This document shows positions 55,826 through 64,000 of a stretch of DNA of 64,000 nucleotides, piece after piece (position 1 is the first letter of the stretch; each line of letters begins with the position of its first letter). The translations under genes and the position numbers were made by a program. The notes beneath the pieces were generated by a model, which did no database searches, was not told the origin of the DNA, and worked only from the letters and a program-made list of their open reading frames with translations. Source of the stretch: an uncultured Phycisphaerales bacterium (GTDB lineage: Bacteria > Planctomycetota > Phycisphaerae > Tepidisphaerales > Tepidisphaeraceae); contig CAVWLP010000002.1 of assembly GCA_963755915.1 (NCBI GenBank), positions 192,001 through 256,000 of the forward strand, in the 5' to 3' direction.

Positions 55826-58031
55826 TTAGCCCCGCGCGATCAACTGCCGCTCGTAGAGCTGGGCATATATCGGGCAACTGGCCAGCAGCTCGTCGTGTTT
55901 GCCCTGGCCGACGATTTTGCCCCGGTCCATCACCACGATGCTGTCGGCGGAGATGATGGTGCTAAAGCGGTGGGCGATGACGAACGTCGTGCGCTCGTGG
56001 ATGAGGCTTTCGATGGCCTGGTGGATGAAGTGCTCGCTCTCGGCGTCGACCTGGCTGGTGGCTTCGTCGAGAATCAGAATAGGGGCCTGGTTGAAAATGG
56101 CGCGGGCGATGCAGAGGCGCTGTTTCTGGCCGCCGGAGAGCTGGCTGCCGAGGCCTTCGAGCGGGAAGTCGTAGCCGCCCGGTTTTTCGAGGATGAATTC
56201 GTGGGCGAAGGCGCGGCGGGCGGCCTGCTCGATGCGGCTCCAAATCTCGCGGCGCTCGGGCGTGTCGGGAGAATTGGGGTTGGCGAGGGGCTCGCCGTAG
56301 GCGATGTTCTCGGCAATGGTGCCGGGGAAGATGTGGCTGTCCTGGGTCACGAGGCTGATCTGGCGGCGCAGGCTGGTAAGAGAGGCGATGCGAACGTCGA
56401 CGCCGTCGATGAGAATCCGGCCGGCGCGGATCGAAGAAACGCTCGAGCAGGGCGAGCAGGGTTGTCTTGCCGCTGCCGTTACGGCCGACAACGGCGATCG
56501 ACTGCCCCTTGCGCACGTGCAGGTTCAGGCCGTTGACGGCAGGGGCGGAAGCGTTGGGGTAGGTGAATTCAAGATTCTGGAACTCGATCGAATTGGCAAG
56601 CGTGGGGAGGGCCTTGGGATTCACTTCGGGTCCGAAGACGGCGCGGGCGGTGATCAGGCCCTGCTCACGCTCGGGGAGAATGTCGAGGGTTTCAAAGATA
56701 CGCGTGGCGGCGGCTTCGGATTTTTGAAGGGCGTTATTCACCTTGCTCGCCCGGCGAAGTGATTCGGCAATCACCGCCAGGGAAATCATCACCAGGATGA
56801 AGTCGGTCGCGGGCAGGGTTTTGGAGACGGTAATGAGGTACGTGCCGACGAGCACCACGAGGCCGGCCATCAGCAGGATCAGCGTTTCCATGACGGGGGA
56901 GCTGAAGGCGTCGATCCGGCTCATGCGGATCTGCTCCGCGTTGAGAGCGCGAAGGATATTGCCGTGGCGGTGGCGCTCGAACTTTTCGGCGTTGAAGCCC
57001 TTCACGACGCGAATGCCGACGAGCGTTCCTTCAATCTGGCCAAGAAGAACGGAGGAGGATCGCAGCGCCGCCCGGCTGGCGCGGCGCATTTTCTTGCCGA
57101 ACTTTTTCATCGCCAGGCCCATCAGCGGCGCGAGGATGACGATGAAAACGGTGAGCTTCAGGCTGATGCTGAGGGCGAAGATGAATGCCATGAGCGCCTT
57201 GATGGGCTCCTGGATGCTTTGGCCGAGGACGGTTTTGAAGCCGTCCTGGAGGGTGTCGACATCGGTGATGAGCCGGCTAGTGACATCGCTGGCGCCCTGC
57301 GTGCCGAGGGACGAAAGGGGAATGCGCAGAACGCGGTCGTAGAGGCGTTCGCGGATATCTCGCGCGGCGAGAATGGCGGATTTATCGGAGAGATGTTCCT
57401 GGAAATACCGCGCGACGTTGCCCATCAACGAGATACAGGCCAGCAGGCCGAAGATGGATGCGACCGCGGCGACGGGATTGATCGGCAGAATCTGAACCGC
57501 CTGTAAGAGGATCGGGTCGTACCAGCGGAGAGGCGCGAGGGCGACGGAGCCGTGCCAGTTTCGCGGGGAGATCGTCAGATCGGTTTGGGGGCCGGGCGCC
57601 CAGGCGATGCGGCGCAAGATTTCGCCGGCGTGAAACGTGGGGTTATCCCCTTTGGCCAAGAACGGGCTCGGAGGACAATTTGGCGGAAGGGCGGCGTCGG
57701 AAATAATCTCACCGACCTGCATGCCGGCATTTTTCGCGGTCCCGTTGTTTACCTGGAGAACCTGAACACTCTGGATTTGCGTGGGATCGGAGGCGAAGGT
57801 AACGCTGAGGCGCTGGGCGGCCAGTTTGCGATAGACCAGGGCCTGCATGGTGTCGCCGCTGAGCATAACCCTCATGATGGGGATCATCGTGGTCAGTCCG
57901 CCGGTCATGGCGAAGCCGACGAAAATGGCGGCGACGACGGAAACCCCGATATTGCGGCGGTAGGGCCAGAGATACCGGCAGGCGCGCCAGAAATTGCGGA
58001 TTTTCTTATGTTTGCGGGGGCGGTCACTCAT
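55826..58031 (-). CDS. MsbA-like ABC exporter, TMD+NBD (frameshift near 56425)
   Basis: TM domain, Walker A GRNGSGKT, 'LSGGQKQR', 'ILILDEATS', 'IAHR'. Confidence 0.9.
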
Positions 58032-58102
58032 AGAGGTTTATTCCAACATCGGTGAAACAGGAAAGGATAGGAGAGAAATGGGGGGGAGGGCAATGGGAAG
58101 AG

Positions 58103-58211
58103 ATTGCCGATTGCCGAATGCCAAACGCCGAATGAAAAGACAAAGGCGCGATTCAAATGCGGATTTGCCTCGCATTTCTATTCGGCATTTGGCAATCGGC
58201 ATTCGGCATTT
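58103..58211. repeat. Inverted pair of heptamer tandem arrays
   Basis: ATTGCCG ATTGCCG AATGCCA AACGCCG faces CGGCATT TGGCAAT CGGCATT CGGCATT. Confidence 0.7.
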
Positions 58212-58214
58212 GCG

Positions 58215-58574
58215 TTACTTCCTGACCCATTTAGCGAGCAACTCTGGCCGGCTGTTGACGCCGAAGCGCTTATAGATCGACTTCACGTAGACATGCACGG
58301 TGTGGCGGCTGATTTCCAGTTGGGCGGCGATTTGCTTTTCGGCGTTGCCGGCGAGGAGAAGTTCCAGGGTCTGCCGCTGGCGGCGGGAGAGGGGGCTGTT
58401 GCCAACGGTGGGCGATTTGCCTTCCAAAATCTGCTCACCCAAAAGCGAGCAGAACATGGCGACAAGTCGCCGCTTGCGGCTCACGCCATCGCCTATTGAG
58501 GGTATGCCCAGCGTGCTCGAGGCGCGGACCAGCGCGGAGACATCGCCCAGGCGTGCGTCACTCGATTTTGGCAT
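58215..58574 (-). CDS. Stand-alone LuxR-type HTH regulator
   Basis: 'LSRRQRQTLELLLAGNAEKQIAAQLEISRHTVHVYVKSIYKRFGVNSRPEL'. Confidence 0.8.
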   Translation of the reverse strand: MPKSSDARLGDVSALVRASSTLGIPSIGDGVSRKRRLVAMFCSLLGEQILEGKSPTVGNSPLSRRQRQTLELLLAGNAEKQIAAQLEISRHTVHVYVKSIYKRFGVNSRPELLAKWVRK

Positions 58575-58691
58575 GACATTACCGCAATAGGGGAATTGAG
58601 CGGCCGGTCCACAATTTCGTATCAGTATACCTTCCCGCGGGCGGCCCGAACAGTCATCTAAGGGCTACACGCCGCGGGGAAGGAGCATTTT

Positions 58692-58958
58692 ATGCGAAGG
58701 ATCAAGCCGGCCGACGAGGGCTGGGTGGACGTTTTTGAGTCGGACTATTTCAGGGGCCGGATGCGCCGGCTCTTTGGGCCGTTGGATTTGAATCAGCTTC
58801 AGGCCGGGAGCGTGATCGTGGGGCCGAGGACCACGCTGGAGCTTTCGGTACGCCGGCGAGGCAAACAATCTGTGGTGATGATCCAGCCGAAAAAGCCGGT
58901 CCTGGCGAAATCGGTGGTTGGGGAGGTGACGGGGGCGAGGGTGAGGTACATCAAATGA
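58692..58958 (+). CDS. Small basic hypothetical protein
   Basis: AGGAG RBS, 88 aa. Confidence 0.55.
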   Translation: MRRIKPADEGWVDVFESDYFRGRMRRLFGPLDLNQLQAGSVIVGPRTTLELSVRRRGKQSVVMIQPKKPVLAKSVVGEVTGARVRYIK

Positions 58959-59007
58959 TTGCGCCCGCGTGTCACCAGAAAATTGTTGCCGGATTGGCAG
59001 TGATTTT

Positions 59008-59138
59008 CCCCTCTCCCGGTACGCCGGGAGAGGGTTAGGGTGAGGGCCGACAAGAACGGAGAATGGAAGTGATCGCCGCGCTTGGCGTTGATTCAGGCCC
59101 TCACCCCTGCCCTCTCCCAGAGTACTGGGAGAGGGGGA
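59008..59138. repeat. REP-like inverted doublet
   Basis: CCCCTCTCCCGGTACGCCGGGAGAGGGTTAGGGTGAGGGCC faces GGCCCTCACCCCTGCCCTCTCCCAGAGTACTGGGAGAGGGG. A degenerate copy lies at ~38196-38229. Confidence 0.75.
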
Positions 59139-59146
59139 GTTGGGAT

Positions 59147-60108
59147 CTACAGAGTCGGTGCGGGGAATTGCGGCTTTTGCCCGCTCAGTACCGCGATGAT
59201 ATCCCGAACGACCCAGCTCATGTTTTCCATCGCAGACGTCGTTCTTGCAGCCAGGTGAGGCGTGAGTAAAACATTCGGAAATCCCAGCAGCGGGAAATCC
59301 GCGGACGGGGGTTCGGGGTGAAAGACATCGAGCGCGGCGGCGAAAACCCGCTTCTCTTTTATCGCGGCGGCGAGCGCGTGGGCGTCTAAAACTTCTCCCC
59401 GGCTCGTGTTGATGACCACCGACGTGGGCTTCAGCATAGCCAGTTGGGAAGCTCCGACAAGATTTTCATTGCCGGGGCGCATGTCGACGTGGATCGTGAG
59501 GATGTCCGCCTCGCGGTAGAGCGTGGGTTTATCGACAGCAGTGGCCGGGAAATCGAGGCTGGGGATTTCCAGCAGGTCGTTGAAGATCACGCGCATGCCA
59601 AACCCGTTAGCGGCGATGTGGCCCATGCGGCGCCCGACGCGGCCCATTCCTAGGATGCCGATCGTCAGCTCGTTGAGCTGGCGGCCGCGGACGGTGTCGC
59701 GGATGTGCTTGAATTCCTTCGTGGAATAAACCTTGTCGCGGAAGAATTCCCAGGGGCGGAGAAGCTGGAGGAGATATCCGAAAACGAAATCGCCGACGGC
59801 GAGGGTGTTGGCATCGGGGGTGTAAACGACCTCGATGCCCCGCCGTCGACATTCGGCTACGTCGATATTTTCCAGCCCAACGCCGCCCCGGCCGACAACT
59901 TTCAGCCGGGGGGCGCGATCCAGAAGCGCGGCGTTCACTTTCGTGTAAGTCCGCACGACCAGCCCCTGGGCCTGTGAGATCGTGGGAAGAAATTTCGCAT
60001 CGCCGGATGAGATTTCCTCAACGCGCGCCGCTCTTTCAACCAGGCCAGGGGGCGGGGGTCGGAGCCTTCGGCGACAATTACAAGCGGAAGCGAACTGGAG
60101 TTGGCCAT
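59147..60108 (-). CDS. D-isomer-specific 2-hydroxyacid dehydrogenase, SerA-like (frameshift near 60030-60055)
   Basis: 'GRGGVGLENID', GMGRVG, 'INTSRGEV', 'LDVFHPEP', 'TPHLAA'. Confidence 0.85.
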
Positions 60109-60125
60109 TATTGAAGTGTAGGCGA

Positions 60126-60353
60126 TCAAACCCGCGTCTTAAATCCCATCGCGCACACTGCACACCATCCCGCCCGCGCTTCAAACAGACAAAAACCGCC
60201 CGCGGCGGCCAGCACGGCGGCAATGATCCAGAATATGAAAAATGGCCGCACCAGGGTCACGATCCCCACAAGGATTGCGGCCAAAAGCAATAAGAGTCCG
60301 ATGATGAGCCGGACTTTCTTGCCCCGTGCGTCGATGTTACATGCAAAAATCAT
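60126..60353 (-). CDS. Small YgaP/DUF2892-like membrane protein
   Basis: 'CNIDARGKKVR', 2 TM, 'GWCAV..MG'. Confidence 0.6.
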   Translation of the reverse strand: MIFACNIDARGKKVRLIIGLLLLLAAILVGIVTLVRPFFIFWIIAAVLAAAGGFCLFEARAGWCAVCAMGFKTRV

Positions 60354-60475
60354 CTTCAGATCGGCCGATATTATAGGACGAAGCTGATTTACTGTTATAA
60401 TTCTGGTGCCAACGGAATGACGACGATGAATAAGTGCCGGAAAATCTGACAAGTGGAAATGCAACGGGTGAAGCG

Positions 60476-61570
60476 ATGCAATATGGCGTAATCATGGCGG
60501 GAGGCTCAGGGACGCGGCTTTGGCCGATGTCCCGCTCGAACCGGCCAAAGCAGATTCTGCCGCTGGTGAACGGGCAGAGTTTATTGCAGTTGAGCTATCA
60601 GCGGCTGCGGGGCATGTTTCCACCGGAGCGGATTTTTGTCTGCACGGCCGCCGCCCATGCCGAGGCGGTCTTGCAGAATCTTCCCGAGATGCCCAAGGAC
60701 AATTTGCTGGGCGAGCCGATGGGCCGCGACACCGCTAACGCCGTCGGTTTCACCGCCGCGGTGCTTCAGCGCCGCGATCCCGAAGCAGTGTGCGCGGTGG
60801 TGACGGCCGATCACGTCATCGAACCGGTTTCGCAGTTCCAGCAGAGCCTCAGCTCCGCTTTCAGCGTCATCACCGATCGCCCGCGCTCGCTGGTCACTTT
60901 CGGCATTGTCCCCACCTACGGACACACCGGCCTGGGATACATCCACCGCGGCGAATCGCTCGGCGTCGAAGGCGCCTATCAAGTCCTGGGCTTCTACGAG
61001 AAACCCGACAAGGCGCTGGCCGACCGGTTCGTCGAATCGGGCAGATACTACTGGAACAGCGGCATGTTCGTCTGGCGATGCGATACGGTCCTCAACGAGT
61101 TGGCGATTCATCTACCGGGCTCGCACAAAGGGCTGACACAAATCGCTCAGGCGTGGGGAACGCCACAGCAGGCGACCGTTTTGCGCGATGTCTATCCGCG
61201 CCTGCCCAAGATCAGCATCGACTACGGCGTGATGGAGCCCGCCAGCCAGCAGAAGGGAAACGCCTCGGTCGTCGTCGTCGAAATGCCGGTCGAATGGACG
61301 GACGTGGGCTCCTGGCCGGCGCTGGCAGAGATCCTCTCCGTCGATGAGCACAACAACGCGGTGCAGTGCAAGACCGGATATTTTCTGGACTCGGACGACA
61401 ACGTGATTTTCTCCCAGGACGAAAACCACCTGATCTCGACCATCGGCGTAAGCGACATGATCGTCGTCCACGCCCCGGATGCGACCCTCATCTGCCCCAA
61501 GGACCAGGCCCAGCGCGTCAAAGAGCTGGTGGCGAAAGTCAAAGACAAATTCGGGGATAAGTTCCAATAA
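60476..61570 (+). CDS. manC: Mannose-1-phosphate guanylyltransferase
   Basis: 'IMAGGSGTRLWPMSR...PKQ', 'EPMGRDTA', 'EKP', 'WNSGMF', 'SIDYGVME', 'WTDVGSW'. Confidence 0.92.
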   Translation: MQYGVIMAGGSGTRLWPMSRSNRPKQILPLVNGQSLLQLSYQRLRGMFPPERIFVCTAAAHAEAVLQNLPEMPKDNLLGEPMGRDTANAVGFTAAVLQRRDPEAVCAVVTADHVIEPVSQFQQSLSSAFSVITDRPRSLVTFGIVPTYGHTGLGYIHRGESLGVEGAYQVLGFYEKPDKALADRFVESGRYYWNSGMFVWRCDTVLNELAIHLPGSHKGLTQIAQAWGTPQQATVLRDVYPRLPKISIDYGVMEPASQQKGNASVVVVEMPVEWTDVGSWPALAEILSVDEHNNAVQCKTGYFLDSDDNVIFSQDENHLISTIGVSDMIVVHAPDATLICPKDQAQRVKELVAKVKDKFGDKFQ

Positions 61571-61626
61571 TTTATCAACCTTTCTTTCTTGGCGCTCTTG
61601 GCGTCTTGGCGGTTAAACGATTTTGA

Positions 61627-62073
61627 ATGCGGACGCTGGGAATTGATCATGGCCAGAAGCGGATCGGTTTGGCGCTCAGCGATGCCGGCGGAAAACTGGC
61701 CACGCCGCTGGAAGTTCTGGAAGTCACATCGGAAGACGCCGCAATTGGGGCAATCCTCGAACTGATCGAAAAAGAAGACGTCCGGCGGATCGTCGTCGGA
61801 TTGCCGCTCAACATGGACGACACTTTCGGCCCGGGGGTGAAAAAAGCCGTGCAATTCGGACGGGAGTTGGCGGGCCGATCCCGACGGGAAGTCATATACG
61901 TCGACGAACGCCTCTCCACTTTCGACGCCGAGCAAACCCTGAATTCGCGCAAGCGTGGCGGCGAAAAAATCACCCGCAAAGGCCGGAAGCGCCAGCTCGA
62001 CGCCATCGCCGCCGCCCGTTTTCTTCAGGAATATCTCGACGGAAAACTCCCGCCGATCAATCCGCCGGCTTGA
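61627..62073 (+). CDS. ruvX: YqgF/RuvX nuclease
   Basis: 'LGIDHGQKRIGLALSD', 'VVGLP', 'DERLST', 'DAIAA..FLQEY'. Confidence 0.92.
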   Translation: MRTLGIDHGQKRIGLALSDAGGKLATPLEVLEVTSEDAAIGAILELIEKEDVRRIVVGLPLNMDDTFGPGVKKAVQFGRELAGRSRREVIYVDERLSTFDAEQTLNSRKRGGEKITRKGRKRQLDAIAAARFLQEYLDGKLPPINPPA

Positions 62074-62958
62074 GCGAATGCTGCCACCCCGCGGCTCCAG
62101 CGGCTTCAGTTCGCCATTGGCATCGCGCAATACAATTCCCGGATCGGGCGTAATCTGTCCAATCCGAATCGTCCCTTCGATCTCTGCCGCGGCCGACGTG
62201 AACAGCAGCTCATAATCCTCCCCATCATCCAGCGCATGATCGATCGCGGCGATTTTGTCTCGCTTCGAAAGCTCTTGTGCATCGGCATGGATCGGAACCA
62301 GCGCAGATTCCACGACCGCTCCCACAGCGCTCGCCCGGCAAATGTGCGCCAGATCGCGCGAAAGCCCGTCGCTGAGATCGATCATCGCGCTCGCTTGCGG
62401 CGCCAGTTTCCGCCCCAGCGCAACCCGCGGCTCGAACGTCAGATGCCTGCCATGAATGCTCCCGCCCAGCGGCCCCGTGACAAAAATATGATCCCCCGGC
62501 TTCGCGCCGCTGCGCGTCACGGGCTTCTGCCCCGCCGAGCGCCCGAGGATCGTCACGCTCACCACCAGCTTCCCGTCCCACGTCGCGGTATCTCCGCCCA
62601 CGACCGGGCATTCAAACGCATCCCCCGCTTCGCGAAGCCCGCGATAGAGCTGCTTGGCCCGATCGATTGAAAAATCCCTAGGCAGCGCAACCGCCGCCAG
62701 CGCCGCCACCGGCAGACATCCCATGGCCGCGCAATCCGACAAATTCCGGTTCATCGCCTTGCGACCGATTTGATGCGGTGTATGCGTCGCGGCATTGAAA
62801 TGAACGCCGTCAATGACCTGATCTACGCCAACCAAAAGCAGATCCCCGGTCGGCCATTTCAGCGCCGCCAGATCGTCCCCAATGCCGATTTCCACCATGT
62901 GTGAGGAGGCCCGCTGGGCAGCCCGAATCCAGTCAATCAGGTCGAATTCACCCGCCAT
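62057..62958 (-). CDS. thiL: Thiamine-monophosphate kinase (frameshift in the last codons)
   Basis: 'GEFDLI', 'GIGDD', 'NLSDCAAMG', 'GGDT', 'IDLSDGL', 'GEDYELLF'. The tail 'WQH' is in another frame. Confidence 0.9.
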
Positions 62959-63229
62959 TTTTTATATCTCTAAATTATAAAACTACTTACATCACAAAAT
63001 TTACCGCCGGAAAATCATTGCATTCCGCAAACAATCTTGGCAATTCGCCTACAACTCGATTAAAGTATATGCAGACAACCGCAATCCACAGGACTTTAAG
63101 GATTAGATGAAAATTAATAACGACGGTAGAGACACCTGTCGATGAGTAGTTATCTGACCGGCTCGCAGCAAAAAAACAAATCGTGTCCGGATTCTGGGAA
63201 TGGTTATCGGAACTTTAAGGGACTGTGAC

Positions 63230-64000
63230 ATGGAAAACGAAGAGTCCAACCTATCGAGCCGCAGACCGAATGCTTCGGGGATGAGCTACAAGTTTCAGCG
63301 CTTGCGGGAACGAATCCGCCAGGCCGTCAGCAGCGGCGAACTCGCCGGCAAGCTGCCCGGCGAGCGGGAGTTGGCGCGGCGATTTCGCGTTAACGCAAAA
63401 ACACTCAGCAAGGCCCTCACCGATCTCGCCGCCGAGGGGCTGCTTCACCGCTCCATCGGCCGCGGCACGTTTGTGCGCGGCGCCGAGAATGAACACCCGG
63501 CCCCGGCGCGCCCCTGGCTTCTTCTGCTCGACGCCGATGCCGACCCGGCACTCGTCGAAAATCTCAAGGCCATTGCCCCGGCCGCCGAAACCTGCGCCGA
63601 TGTCGCCTCGATCCGCCCCAGTTTCCTGAATCACTTTTCCGCCGTCATCGATCTGGCGGCCGCCACGCCCGAGGCGTTCATCCGCAACCTTCTCGTTCGC
63701 GGCATTCCCGTGGTCGCCGTCGGCCAGGAATTGCGCACGTATTCCGTCAACGGCGTGATGCTCGACGCCCCCCTGGCCGTCTCGCGACTCGCTCGCGAAA
63801 TGATCCTCGGCGGTCATCGCCATTTCCTGGCCATCGAGCAGCGGACGCGAATCACCGTCGCCGAAAGCATCCGCCGAACCGCGGAAAGATATTGCCAGGA
63901 CTTCTGCGTCGACGCCTGCACGCCCGCCGACGTCGCCCAGGCGGTCGAATTCGGCGCAACCGCCTGCATTTGCGATTCCGTGCAGTTGGCGCGAAAAACG
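63230..64000 (+). CDS. GntR HTH + LacI-like sensor-domain regulator, 3'-truncated by the window
   Basis: Manual translation from ATG 63230: 'KFQRLRERIR...KLPGERELARRFRVNAKTLSKAL...IGRGTFV'. Confidence 0.8.
   Translation, partial: MENEESNLSSRRPNASGMSYKFQRLRERIRQAVSSGELAGKLPGERELARRFRVNAKTLSKALTDLAAEGLLHRSIGRGTFVRGAENEHPAPARPWLLLLDADADPALVENLKAIAPAAETCADVASIRPSFLNHFSAVIDLAAATPEAFIRNLLVRGIPVVAVGQELRTYSVNGVMLDAPLAVSRLAREMILGGHRHFLAIEQRTRITVAESIRRTAERYCQDFCVDACTPADVAQAVEFGATACICDSVQLARKT

Noticed and set aside
58588-58603. TAGGGGAATT half-site upstream of the stand-alone luxR
   Set aside because: Only one half matches and the 24-bp partner is absent; not enough to include.
61584-61614. (CTTGGCG)-type mini repeat between manC and ruvX
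   Set aside because: Three short units only; likely a common intergenic repeat with no further support.
61222-62056. 578-aa ThiL fusion in the ORF track
   Set aside because: Read-through from a frameshift; the extension is antisense to ruvX and manC.

Overview
GC-rich bacterial window, most likely Planctomycetota: a secreted protein starts with the LEPRxLL-type motif VEPLEQRTLLS. Many genes, including housekeeping ones, are split by single-base frameshifts that look like uncorrected long-read errors. The centre (~17.7-55.5 kb) is a low-oxygen/fermentation module. It holds hypFCDE and hypA, a group 3d bidirectional hydrogenase hoxEFUYH with its protease, and a divergent PFOR / DHODH-like / adenylate kinase operon. 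It also holds an ADP-forming acetyl-CoA synthetase-GNAT fusion, a membrane pyrophosphatase, two atypical HypB paralogues, a FixL-type heme-PAS kinase with a NarL/LuxR regulator, and a cytidylate-kinase-like / USP / YbaK operon. It ends at an integrase remnant beside tRNA-Leu(GAG). The strongest new signal is a 16-bp palindrome (TAGG-N8-CCTA type) in six intergenic regions of this module, each with a weaker partner site 24-25 bp nearer the gene. This is consistent with an undescribed DosR-like, O2-responsive regulon. Other highlights: twin small Cys/His proteins of no family I recognise, a ppsR/pckG deletion scar, and an IS630 element with a matching MITE 38 kb away. The flanks carry a mycobacterial Sdh1-like succinate dehydrogenase, a TA module and core genes (MsbA-like ABC, manC, ruvX, thiL).
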